NCBI GenBank assembly: GCA_041288045.1
Contig: JBGGMM010000116.1
Coordinates: forward strand, 1 to 23,707
DNA: 23,707 nt
Direction of reading: 5' to 3'
Origin: Pseudobdellovibrionaceae bacterium
GTDB lineage: Bacteria > Bdellovibrionota > Bdellovibrionia > Bdellovibrionales > Bdellovibrionaceae
In this document: positions 16,801 through 23,707 of the stretch, piece after piece
Layout: each line of letters starts with the position of its first letter
Numbering within the stretch: position 1 is the first letter of the stretch
Position numbers and translations under genes: made by a program
The notes under the pieces: generated by a model
Seen by the model: the letters and a program-made list of their open reading frames with translations, nothing else
The model's database searches: none
What the model was told of the DNA's origin: nothing

Positions 16801-17584
16801 AAGGCGAACTTGTCGCCGAGCCCGTTCGAACGTGACTGGCGAGCTGATTGGCGGCATTCACAGCTGCATCCCGGTAAGCTGTATTTCCAGTCAGTTTAAA
16901 AAGTTGAAGCAGAGCGAATCCAAATTCTCCCACTTTATCTGGTTCGATATAACCGGCACCATCGCCGGCTCCTGTCTGATTTCCGTAGGCGGCTCCTTGG
17001 TAAATCATGGATCCGGCATCGCCACTAGCATAAGGAACTTTGGACCAGTGGTCTGTTGTGAGCGTCATTCCTTGTGCCAGATGATGATTCGCCAAGTTTT
17101 GCGCGAATTGCAGAACCTGGCTATTGCCCGAGTAGGCGTAATACAGAAGTGCCGACTCGATCAACATGGCGTTCATTCCCGCCGGATTGCTGGGCCAATC
17201 AGCCATCAATTGACTGTCGGGATCGATATAGGATTGCGAAAAATAAGCAGGCTGGCCGGTTTTAGGATCATTGGGAACTTTCGTGAGCAGATAGTTCCAG
17301 GCAAGGCCGATCACCGTATCGTAGGCTTGATCTTGATTTGGAACCCAAGAGACAATTGACCCACTTCCATCTAGCATCACAGTATGGGTATTCAGCGTGG
17401 CATTCGCCGACACCGCCATGGAAACTCGATTTGTTCCCTTGATATGATCGACCAAATTCATCAGGCTCGATGAGCTGCCGTCGCCGTTTTTGCCGCTGCA
17501 GCCTTGAATCAGGCCAGCGATTGAAGCGATTGAGATGGCAAGAATTGCAAATCGAAACATCGCACGAGTGGTGGTTCCACGCAT
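13829..17584 (-). CDS. Large modular lipoprotein: putative (alpha/alpha)-barrel glycosidase-like domain + Ig-like (Big) x2 + ConA-like (DUF1349-type) + Fn3-like + C-terminal beta domain
   Basis: Lipobox LIQG-C and SD AAGGAG. Helical aromatic-rich N-domain (IEPDKVGE, YRDAA, SPWPFRV). Ig repeats NQLPSVAITSPANG.. and DTTPPSVAISAPSG..; GDGEIKARI..WALAGVMMRETL (lectin-like); ATITWTTNEPSSSQIEYG (Fn3-like). Confidence 0.8.
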   Translation of the reverse strand: MRGTTTRAMFRFAILAISIASIAGLIQGCSGKNGDGSSSSLMNLVDHIKGTNRVSMAVSANATLNTHTVMLDGSGSIVSWVPNQDQAYDTVIGLAWNYLLTKVPNDPKTGQPAYFSQSYIDPDSQLMADWPSNPAGMNAMLIESALLYYAYSGNSQVLQFAQNLANHHLAQGMTLTTDHWSKVPYASGDAGSMIYQGAAYGNQTGAGDGAGYIEPDKVGEFGFALLQLFKLTGNTAYRDAAVNAANQLASHVRTGSATSSPWPFRVKAQTNAVREDYCADVIAPIELFDELIRLGLGNVASYQTARATAWNWLMNFPMKNNNWANYFEDVGTQGDISNYNQYNALMTARYFLRHPEMNPNWETHTRNLIAWDESTFGAMAYGAMTIKEQVIFAHPMGSHTSRYASVNALLYAKTGDTTAQAKAYRSFNWSTYMARSTGVVIDGPTVNNQWFTDGYGDYVRHFIVGMGASPEWAPVGSTHILDSTSLVKSVTYTPSQINYQTFDNSGVQVIKVASAPTSVTVNGVLIPQRSDLGAEGWTFDNGSVLRVRHESGNTVAVGLNGAPANQLPSVAITSPANGAAFTAPASFQIQATASDSDGSISKVEFYNNGTLLGTSTTAPYSWSVSGLAAGSHSLSARAYDNQNGVSNSNPVAVTVTNPGGGGTGSWTGVDIGSVGVPGSTVVNGGTITVKGSGVDIWDAADSFHFAYQQMTGDGEIKARIVTQQNTDPWALAGVMMRETLAANSKEALSAITPSHGMSFDYRTTTGGATTYVNGNAGVVPYWVRLVRAGNTFTSSKSSNGTTWTTMGSATISMASTIYVGLAVTSHVNTVLATDTFDNVSFTGQSGGGDITPPVISNVASADISQNGATITWTTNEPSSSQIEYGLTTSYGTSTSVNTSLETSHTQVIAGLNASATYHYRVKSTDAAGNAAVSGDFTFVTPGAPDTTPPSVAISAPSGTVSGTVTVSASASDDINVASVQFQLDGANLGSLDTASPYQTTWNTTGVANGAHALTAIAKDGAGNTTVSAPVSVTVNNVVVPPPALSIDKTAFTDTKNSTVTVSGFTTTKPNELLLAFVSTDGTVSNNTTVTRITTTGLTWTLVKRTNTQAGTSEVWRAFSINILTNASIAATLSKNVAASLVVVSFVGTDPASPVGTSVSANASSGAAAVTLVTTRNNSWVFAVGNDWDKAIARTLGPNQTMVHQYLPSVGDTLWVQRQNAPTPNAGTSVIMNTTAPTTDRYNFTAVEILSP

Positions 17585-17785
17585 AGGATCTCCTTAAGTT
17601 TTAAGTAACCGAATGATTCAATGGTACTCGAGGTTCGCGAAATTTCGAGAGGATTCGAAAAGTTTTTCTAACGCCTTGAACCAATTCACAGGATCTAAAT
17701 GGAGTCCTAGACTCGCGACACCAAACGGATTTGGTGGAGATGGTCAACAGTTCCGCTGAACGCGCCCTTCGGCGTGCGATGCCGA

Positions 17786-18382
17786 CTAGGGAGTTCCGCT
17801 GGTGTTTGGGGATTGCACTGCTGGTGCTGTCGGAGATTTTTTGCCTCTTGCTTTTGACGACGACCGATTCTCCGATTCTGATTTGAATTCAATGCCTCTA
17901 TTCACAAGAAGCTGTTTGGCTCGGGAAAAACTCATGGGCTTCATTTCGATGTGGCCTTTTTTATTTTTCTCGACTTTGAAGCAGTTCACCTGAACAGCTT
18001 TTCCATTTAAAAAAGCAACTTGAAAGTGAAGTGCTTTTCCCTCGATGGGGCGGCTTGAATTCCACATTTGAATGGTTGCCGCATAGGTAAAATCTTGAGA
18101 GGTTTGGCTCTGGTCAATCTCCCCTTTTGCATAGAGTTCAATTTTCTCCGCTTTTATGTCTTTGGATGCAATAAAATGGCAACTTTCTTCTTTTTGATTA
18201 TTTTTTGCGCCATCAATCTGTGCACTCCAGTCATCGGTTGATACCGTCCGCTTCAGAAATAAGGACCGACCAATGAACATTTCAGTCATTTGCTGAGGAT
18301 CCTCATTTTCGGCTCGCGCAAAATTCGTATCAGTAAGACAAAGAACAATTCCTAAAAGTCCCGCAATAGATTGCCTGCTCAT
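17786..18382 (-). CDS. Hypothetical secreted protein
   Basis: ATG 18382 with SD GAGGTG and -10 TAAAAT upstream. Signal peptide ends ARA|E, two Cys in the mature part, disordered tail. Confidence 0.7.
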   Translation of the reverse strand: MSRQSIAGLLGIVLCLTDTNFARAENEDPQQMTEMFIGRSLFLKRTVSTDDWSAQIDGAKNNQKEESCHFIASKDIKAEKIELYAKGEIDQSQTSQDFTYAATIQMWNSSRPIEGKALHFQVAFLNGKAVQVNCFKVEKNKKGHIEMKPMSFSRAKQLLVNRGIEFKSESENRSSSKARGKKSPTAPAVQSPNTSGTP

Positions 18383-18498
18383 GCTCACCTCAATGGGTCT
18401 ATTTTACGCAATTTGAAACAGGAATTCGACGGTATTTTTCGGAGTCCAGCCTAGGTTGAAGATTGGACAGAGTGATGATGGCAAGTTAATGTGTGTCT

Positions 18499-18864
18499 AT
18501 GACATGGATTCTAAAGACTCTCGTCGCACTCATCGCCTGCCTTCACATTTATTTTTTGATTCTGGAGATGTTCCTTTGGACAAAACCAAAGGGATTGAAA
18601 ATCTTTAGGCAGTCGCTGGAAAATGCAAAATCATCGGCTGTTTTGGCGGCCAACCAAGGGCTCTACAATGGATTTCTAGCGGCTGGGCTACTTTGGAGTT
18701 TGATTCACCCTTCGCCTGAAATTTCAAAACAGCTTCAGTGTTTTTTTCTTGCTTGCGTGCTGATGGCCGGCCTCTATGGCGGCTATAGCGTTGGCAAAAA
18801 AATCGCTTTGATCCAGGCGCTCCCCGCCGCAGTGGCTCTGGCTCTTTTAGCTTTCACATTTTAA
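18499..18864 (+). CDS. DUF1304 family membrane protein
   Basis: LHIYFLILEMFLW, LAANQGLYNGFLAAGL and IQALPA signatures. Confidence 0.9.
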   Translation: MTWILKTLVALIACLHIYFLILEMFLWTKPKGLKIFRQSLENAKSSAVLAANQGLYNGFLAAGLLWSLIHPSPEISKQLQCFFLACVLMAGLYGGYSVGKKIALIQALPAAVALALLAFTF

Positions 18865-18918
18865 TCGAACTTTTTGCATTCTTGACCTCACCAAGGTGGC
18901 AGGATAATTTGAGGCGGA

Positions 18919-19350
18919 GTGAAAAAAAACACAATCCTCTCTCTGCGAGTCGGTTTTTTAATTTCAGTGCTTGCCACAACTGGCAGCCTCTTCTTTAGCG
19001 AAGTGATGAGGCTTCCGCCTTGCGTTCTGTGCTGGTACCAAAGAATTTGCATGTACCCGCTCGTTGTCATTTTTGGCGTCGCGCTTTTTAAAGGCACTAA
19101 GGACAGCTTTAAATATTCTTTCGCTTTGAGTTTGATCGGACTGATGATCGCTATTTACCACACCCTTCTTTATTACGGCGTCATTCCTGACAGCATCACA
19201 CCCTGCACCCAAGGAGTGTCTTGCACTTCCAAACAAATCGAATGGCTTGGCTTTATCACCATTCCCCTTTTATCTTTGGCTTCGTTTTTGATTCTCACAA
19301 TTTTGTGTTTCTTCGCTTTAAAAAAGGATTCGCCCAATGAAAGGCAATAA
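18919..19350 (+). CDS. Disulfide bond formation protein DsbB/BdbC family
   Basis: GSLFFSEV..PCVLCWYQRICMYP, second Cys pair PCTQGVSC, GFITIP; four TMs (BdbC type). Confidence 0.93.
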   Translation: MKKNTILSLRVGFLISVLATTGSLFFSEVMRLPPCVLCWYQRICMYPLVVIFGVALFKGTKDSFKYSFALSLIGLMIAIYHTLLYYGVIPDSITPCTQGVSCTSKQIEWLGFITIPLLSLASFLILTILCFFALKKDSPNERQ

Positions 19351-19975
19351 ATTTTTTGTCATCGCCATCTTAGCTCTCGCTGCCATTGGCTTTGCGGTTT
19401 TTAAATTCTCTTATCAAGATCAACAACAATCAGATGCGCCTCAAGTGGCAAGCAGCGATCTGATCAAGGAACACAGCCCAAGCTTGGGACCGGTCGATGC
19501 GCCCGTCCAGATTGTCGAATTTTTAGACCCTGAATGCGAAGCTTGCCGGGCTCTGGATCCGATGGTGAAAGGCCTTATGAAACAATACGAAGGCAAAGTT
19601 CGCCTTGTCGTCAGATACATGCCCTTTCATGGAAACTCTCTCTTAGCGGCGACTTCCTTAGAAGAAGCCCGCGATCAAGGAAAGTACTGGGAAGCTTTAT
19701 CGACTCTGTTTTATTACCAGCCTCAGTGGGGAGATCACCACAACCCAAAACCAGAATTGATTGCCAAGTATCTGATCGACCTTGGCATCAAGCCAGAAAC
19801 TCTCAAAGAGGCCTCGCTCATGCAAAAGCACAAATGGAAAGTGGATCTCGATTTTGAAGATGGCAAAAAAGTCGGAGTCAAAGCAACACCCACTTTTTTC
19901 ATCAATGGGAAAATGCTGACCGAGATTGGTTATGAACCTCTTAAGAAAGCCATCGAGAGCGAATTGTCGAAGTAA
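19337..19975 (+). CDS. Thiol-disulfide oxidoreductase DsbA/BdbD family (Thioredoxin_4)
   Basis: N-terminal anchor, GPVDAPVQIVEFLDPECEAC active site and GVKATPTFFING cis-Pro loop. Overlaps the dsbB-family gene. Confidence 0.92.
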   Translation: MKGNKFFVIAILALAAIGFAVFKFSYQDQQQSDAPQVASSDLIKEHSPSLGPVDAPVQIVEFLDPECEACRALDPMVKGLMKQYEGKVRLVVRYMPFHGNSLLAATSLEEARDQGKYWEALSTLFYYQPQWGDHHNPKPELIAKYLIDLGIKPETLKEASLMQKHKWKVDLDFEDGKKVGVKATPTFFINGKMLTEIGYEPLKKAIESELSK

Positions 19976-19984
19976 ACAAGCTCA

Positions 19985-20314
19985 CTAACTGCATTTAATA
20001 CCAGAAATCACCACAAAAGATCGAACAGTTTGAACATTCAAGACCGAGAGTCCCGCCTTCTGAAGACATAAAATAATTTCTTCTAGTTCGTAGAGGTAGA
20101 TTGTGTCGGTCACAGACCTTCCAGCAGAATTTAAAATTGCACCTTGAAAAGTAGATCCATTAAGACTTTTTTGTTCATACCGATCTTTCCATGCGTCGTA
20201 TTGACTTGGATCTGCCGTGACAATCAGAAAATTTCCATTCCCTTTAAGAACACGGCTCAACTCGCTGGAAGCTTTGGAAATGTCACTCAAAAGATGCGAA
20301 ATTTCTAAAGACAA
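19985..20314 (-). pseudogene. Probable C-terminal fragment of a class I SAM-dependent methyltransferase
   Basis: HLLSDISKASSELSRVLKGNGNFLIV resembles motifs IV-V (H..D...alrEl.RVLKPGG.l.i). No GxGxG motif I, no SD, and the TTG start lies inside the upstream gene. Confidence 0.5.
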
Positions 20315-20787
20315 TAAAAGTCAGGCACGGCATTTCCAAATGGGGTTCCTGCTTTGTCGGCCTTAAAACAATGATTCAACCCATCTGCACCTGTTGCCGC
20401 TCGAAAACCCTCAAGGCAAAAATCAACCATAATTGCCATTCCAAATGGAGTTCCATTTTTATCGGTGTTAAAGCAGCCCAGACCGCCGTTGCTACTTTTT
20501 GCAATTCGATACTCACCTGATTCGCATTGGCTTGCATGAACACTGTTGCCAAAAACAGCTCCTGTCGAATCCGCGGCAAAACATTGAATGCTTCCATCAG
20601 AAGCCTCAGCCGCTCGGTATTGAGCAATGCAATTCACCCAATGAACACTATTTCCGAAGGCTGTCCCATACTTATCCATGGGGAAACAACTGACTCCTCC
20701 GGCCGAATCCTTTGCCAATTTATAGCCCGCATTCACAACGTGCGAAATCAAAAGGCCAAGCAAAGCCATAAAAAATATTTTTCTCAT
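20305..20787 (-). CDS. Secreted protein made of four tandem Cys-pair repeats
   Basis: SD GGGAG and signal peptide VNA|G. Repeats Y22-C53, Y57-C88, Y93-C124 and F128-C159. Confidence 0.85.
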   Translation of the reverse strand: MRKIFFMALLGLLISHVVNAGYKLAKDSAGGVSCFPMDKYGTAFGNSVHWVNCIAQYRAAEASDGSIQCFAADSTGAVFGNSVHASQCESGEYRIAKSSNGGLGCFNTDKNGTPFGMAIMVDFCLEGFRAATGADGLNHCFKADKAGTPFGNAVPDFYCL

Positions 20788-20889
20788 AATGATTCTCCCG
20801 ATTCTTCAGGATCATTCATAAGTGAGATCAGCTAGAATATCGCCTGCAATTTTTCTGTACAGTCGTTTTTACCCGGTGGAGCCCACTTT

Positions 20890-21231
20890 TTAGGGAAGTT
20901 CACAGCGCTTTTTGATTCTCTGCTGTTTTTCTTTTGAGACACAGTCAAAAAGACTGCTGGGCGCTTCTTTGAGTTCAGATTCGGCGAAACTGCTGTCCCA
21001 GAGATCGCTTTCGCATCGATCAAAAGCATCCACTTCGGAATTGATGTTTTTAAAATGGGTCAGGGATTTTTCATCAAAGGAAGAGTCTTTCAGATTCCGC
21101 TTGCTCGTTTTCAACTCTTCTTCAAGCTCATTTCGAATTCGCAGCGCAATTTGACTGATGCACTCATCTGTATTGGCCCAAGAACAATTCGAAGCCAAGA
21201 GTCCCACCAGAAGGCCCAAAATGATTTTCAT
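20890..21231 (-). CDS. Small secreted helical Cys-containing hypothetical protein
   Basis: MKIILGLLVGLLASNCSWA signal peptide, four Cys in the mature part, internal near-repeat LKDSSFDEKSL / LWDSSFAESEL. Confidence 0.7.
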   Translation of the reverse strand: MKIILGLLVGLLASNCSWANTDECISQIALRIRNELEEELKTSKRNLKDSSFDEKSLTHFKNINSEVDAFDRCESDLWDSSFAESELKEAPSSLFDCVSKEKQQRIKKRCELP

Positions 21232-21352
21232 TTTTCGATCATTTCACGAGGAATTTTGAAAGACAACTCGATTGGATTTTCGAGCTGCTCCCTGGCTGGA
21301 CTTTAGTGCCGACCCCTTGCACCTCTTGCTCTTCTTGGTCATCATCAACATC

Positions 21353-21766
21353 ATGGAAACACCAAATACCCACAGCATGCCGATTGGTTATCTCTATTGG
21401 ATTTTTGGTTTCACTGGGGCCCATCGTTTTTTCTATGGCCGACCCATCACGGGAACCATTTGGTTTTTTACTTTTGGCCTGCTGGGAATCGGCTGGCTGA
21501 TTGACGCTTTTCTCATTCCCGGCATGGATCGCAAGGCCGACAGAAAATACGCTCAAGGCTCTTTGAACTATTCGCTCTCATGGGTTCTTCTGACTTTTTT
21601 TGGAGTTTTCGGCCTGCACCGATTTTATATGGGAAAATGGATCACCGGGCTGATTTATTTTCTGACTGGCGGCTTGTTCTTATTTGGATACCTTTATGAT
21701 CTTTGGACTTTGAATTCTCAACTGAGCGATCTCAACGCCAAAGAACAATTGACTGGAAGTCGATAA
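21353..21766 (+). CDS. TM2-domain (NINE) membrane protein with two TM2 repeats
   Basis: WIFGFTGAHRFFYG and FGVFGLHRFYMG repeats; start at METPNTHS. Confidence 0.9.
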   Translation: METPNTHSMPIGYLYWIFGFTGAHRFFYGRPITGTIWFFTFGLLGIGWLIDAFLIPGMDRKADRKYAQGSLNYSLSWVLLTFFGVFGLHRFYMGKWITGLIYFLTGGLFLFGYLYDLWTLNSQLSDLNAKEQLTGSR

Positions 21767-21913
21767 AGGCTAGCTCAGCCATCTCCGGCCCGCACCTTCA
21801 TGCCGCTCTGGAACCATTTTCAAAACGATCGATCAGACGATCAATGGAAGTCAGTTTGTTCTGCCCCAATTGGTGCCGTGACTTAGTCGTTCGACCAAAG
21901 AATTGAAAATAGG

Positions 21914-21943
21914 AAAAGACCCTTCGTTTGAAGGGCCTTTTTT
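21914..21943. terminator. Intrinsic terminator between the convergent TM2 and GH16 genes
   Basis: Minus strand AAAAGGCCCTTC-AAAC-GAAGGGTCTTTT; a T6 tract also follows on the plus strand. Confidence 0.75.
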
Positions 21944-22000
21944 GAAAACACCGAAAATCAACGCGCCGAGTGAAGCAAAAAGGGAAAGGCACCCTTCGCT

Positions 22001-23650
22001 TTACGGAGCTTTGCTGAAAAACCTGACGTAATCAAACTGAGCCGATGATGGCAAAGCAGCCGTTTCTATCACTGAGTCCCCGAAAGCAATCGAAGTCAGC
22101 CAAATGTTTTGATCTCCTTGAGTGACTTGCGTGAGATCAACAGAATGAGTGAACTTGCCGTCAAAGTAGAACTTCACAACAGTCGGAGTGAATTCTGCTC
22201 CCCAGATATGGAACTCCTGTTGAATATTGGGAGTCGAAATTCGAGGATGGCCTGAAAACAAGCGCTCCCAATCTCGATTGGCCCAAGCATGCACTCCTGA
22301 GATGTAACTTGTCTCAGCCAGCGAATCATTTTCACAAATATCAAGCTCTTGCTGAGCATTGGTTACACCTGTGTCTCTGCCGTTGTATCTCATCGTCCAA
22401 AAGGAAGTGTGAAATCCTCGAGCCGCCGGAATTTTAAAGCGCGCTTCATAGTAACCATATTTGAAGAGCTTTTTGGTGATCACACCGGACCCTGAGTACG
22501 GCATGGTTCCACCGGTGAGCACATTCAATTTCAAATGCAAAAGGCCTCCAGAAACCGAAACGTTCTGAGGAAGTTGAGTGCTCGACCCCTTACTATCGAT
22601 TCGGAAATCCCACTGCGTGGTATCCAAAGCTGTGCCGTTGAACTCATCATGCCAACTAAGACTGTAATTTCCAATAGTGCCATCCACGTTTAATGGTTTC
22701 ACAGCTGTGGTCGTCGATCGACGAACCAAGCGAATCGCGTCGGCTGTCACAATCCCCTCTGTGCCGGCATTGCTAATGGTCACGGCTGCATTGGATCCAG
22801 CTGTGAAATTGTAAGCACCCAGTGGGAGCCAATGCTGTCCACTTTCTGTCGAGAATTGATTGACGAGCATTTGCTTGCTTCCGCCACTGTATTGAATGGT
22901 CACAGGCACAGCTCCGGCGCGATCCATTGCCGTGATTGCGCTCAATTCAACATCATAGGTTCCTGAAGTCGTGATCGGGAAAAGCATTTTGAATGTGCTT
23001 CCACCTTTATTGCGATTACCATCGTGAACGTAATTGGTTCCACAGTGAGAAGCTTCATAAGTGCTTGAAAGCCAAGTGCCAGTGGCGACGTTTCCAGCTT
23101 TGGAATTGTCGGTGGTATTGGCACAGTTTAAACTTGCGACTCCTTTTGAATTCAAAGTGGCTCGAACAGCATCAACGACCACATAGCCTGAAGTGCCCGC
23201 ATTGCTGATCACCACCTGTGCTACACCTGCCGCCTTATATGTATAAATCCCTAATGAAACCATTTCCTGCCGAGTCTGGCTTGAATATTGATTGATAAAG
23301 GAATCATGCCGACCATAGGAATCTGAAACAGAGACCGGCACACGGGTTGCTCGATTCGATCCCAACATCATATTCATGCTGATCTCATAGGTTCCTGGCG
23401 CCGTGATTGGAATTTTAAATGTAAAACTTTTGGACCCTTTCCCTGCGTTGCCATCATGAAGGTAATTGGAGCCCACATAGCCGGTACTGAAGCTGCTGGA
23501 AACCCAAGCCCCTGAAACCACGACGTTCGCCGACTGACTGTTGTCAATCGTGGTTGCCGCTAAAGCCTGCGCTTGAAAAGCCCAGACACTTAATAGAATT
23601 TGCGTGACTTGAAAATAAGACCGAAAGAACTTTCGCCAAAGAAAATTCAT
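22001..23650 (-). CDS. Secreted family 16 glycoside hydrolase with two N-terminal golvesin/xanthan-lyase-C-like carbohydrate-binding repeats
   Basis: SD GGGGGG and signal AQALA|A. Two ~135-aa repeats (DN..G.W..S....G.NY.HDGN..KG...GTY...NQ...LG.Y....ISNAGT.G.V..DA.R). GH16 motifs WHDEFNG, YGYYEARFK, catalytic ELDICE (ExDxxE), FHIWG, FDYVR. Confidence 0.9.
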   Translation of the reverse strand: MNFLWRKFFRSYFQVTQILLSVWAFQAQALAATTIDNSQSANVVVSGAWVSSSFSTGYVGSNYLHDGNAGKGSKSFTFKIPITAPGTYEISMNMMLGSNRATRVPVSVSDSYGRHDSFINQYSSQTRQEMVSLGIYTYKAAGVAQVVISNAGTSGYVVVDAVRATLNSKGVASLNCANTTDNSKAGNVATGTWLSSTYEASHCGTNYVHDGNRNKGGSTFKMLFPITTSGTYDVELSAITAMDRAGAVPVTIQYSGGSKQMLVNQFSTESGQHWLPLGAYNFTAGSNAAVTISNAGTEGIVTADAIRLVRRSTTTAVKPLNVDGTIGNYSLSWHDEFNGTALDTTQWDFRIDSKGSSTQLPQNVSVSGGLLHLKLNVLTGGTMPYSGSGVITKKLFKYGYYEARFKIPAARGFHTSFWTMRYNGRDTGVTNAQQELDICENDSLAETSYISGVHAWANRDWERLFSGHPRISTPNIQQEFHIWGAEFTPTVVKFYFDGKFTHSVDLTQVTQGDQNIWLTSIAFGDSVIETAALPSSAQFDYVRFFSKAP

Positions 23651-23707
23651 ATTCCCCCCTAAATTGTGATTCGAAATCTCCTGCGTGATTCCGAGTTCAA
23701 GAAAGAG

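Noticed and set aside
13887..17359. Series of long plus-strand ORFs (125-323 aa)
   Set aside because: Antisense shadows of the GC-richer 1251-aa gene, with no recognisable motifs or SDs.
21767..22000. ncRNA or small ORFs (21703-21906, 21798-21992) between TM2 and GH16
   Set aside because: No SD or coherent structure beyond the terminator; one ORF runs through the terminator hairpin.
13229..23707. Integrative element or prophage inserted at tRNA-Gly
   Set aside because: No integrase, transposase or phage gene, and I found no duplicate of the tRNA 3' end (GTCTCCCGCTCCA) downstream within the window. It is better described as a variable region; an att site could lie outside the window.
1..23707. 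CRISPR array or long DNA tandem repeats
   Set aside because: No regularly spaced 23-47-nt repeats were seen; the repeats found are at protein level only.

Overview
Bacterial chromosomal window, most likely from a Bdellovibrionota-type Gram-negative predator. This is inferred from the Deltaproteobacteria-style tilS-ftsH-cdaA-cdaR-glmM order, a PilZ-like protein and many orphan secreted proteins; no marker gene confirms it. The left ~13.3 kb is core genome. It holds a minus-strand tilS-ftsH-cdaA-cdaR-glmM operon (c-di-AMP synthesis), a succinate-semialdehyde dehydrogenase, a tightly coupled minus-strand operon (START-like, PilZ-like, YbgC thioesterase, glpX, Zn-ribbon, RatA/Coq10-like, phasin-like), pgsA and tRNA-Gly(GCC). 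The right ~10.4 kb is accessory. It holds a 1251-aa GC-richer lipoprotein with an unclassified glycosidase-like domain plus Ig/lectin/Fn3 modules, DUF1304, a BdbC/BdbD (DsbB/DsbA) pair next to Cys-rich secreted orphans, a TM2 protein and a secreted GH16 with two CBM-like repeats. The most notable observations are an 11-bp hairpin burying the cdaA start codon just after the ftsH stop, a tRNA-Gly with the G19-C56 elbow pair swapped to A19-U56, and two small ORFs missed by the ORF track. Also notable are a four-repeat C-x18-C secreted protein that I could not assign to a family and several apparently leaderless genes. No integrase, transposase or CRISPR array was seen.
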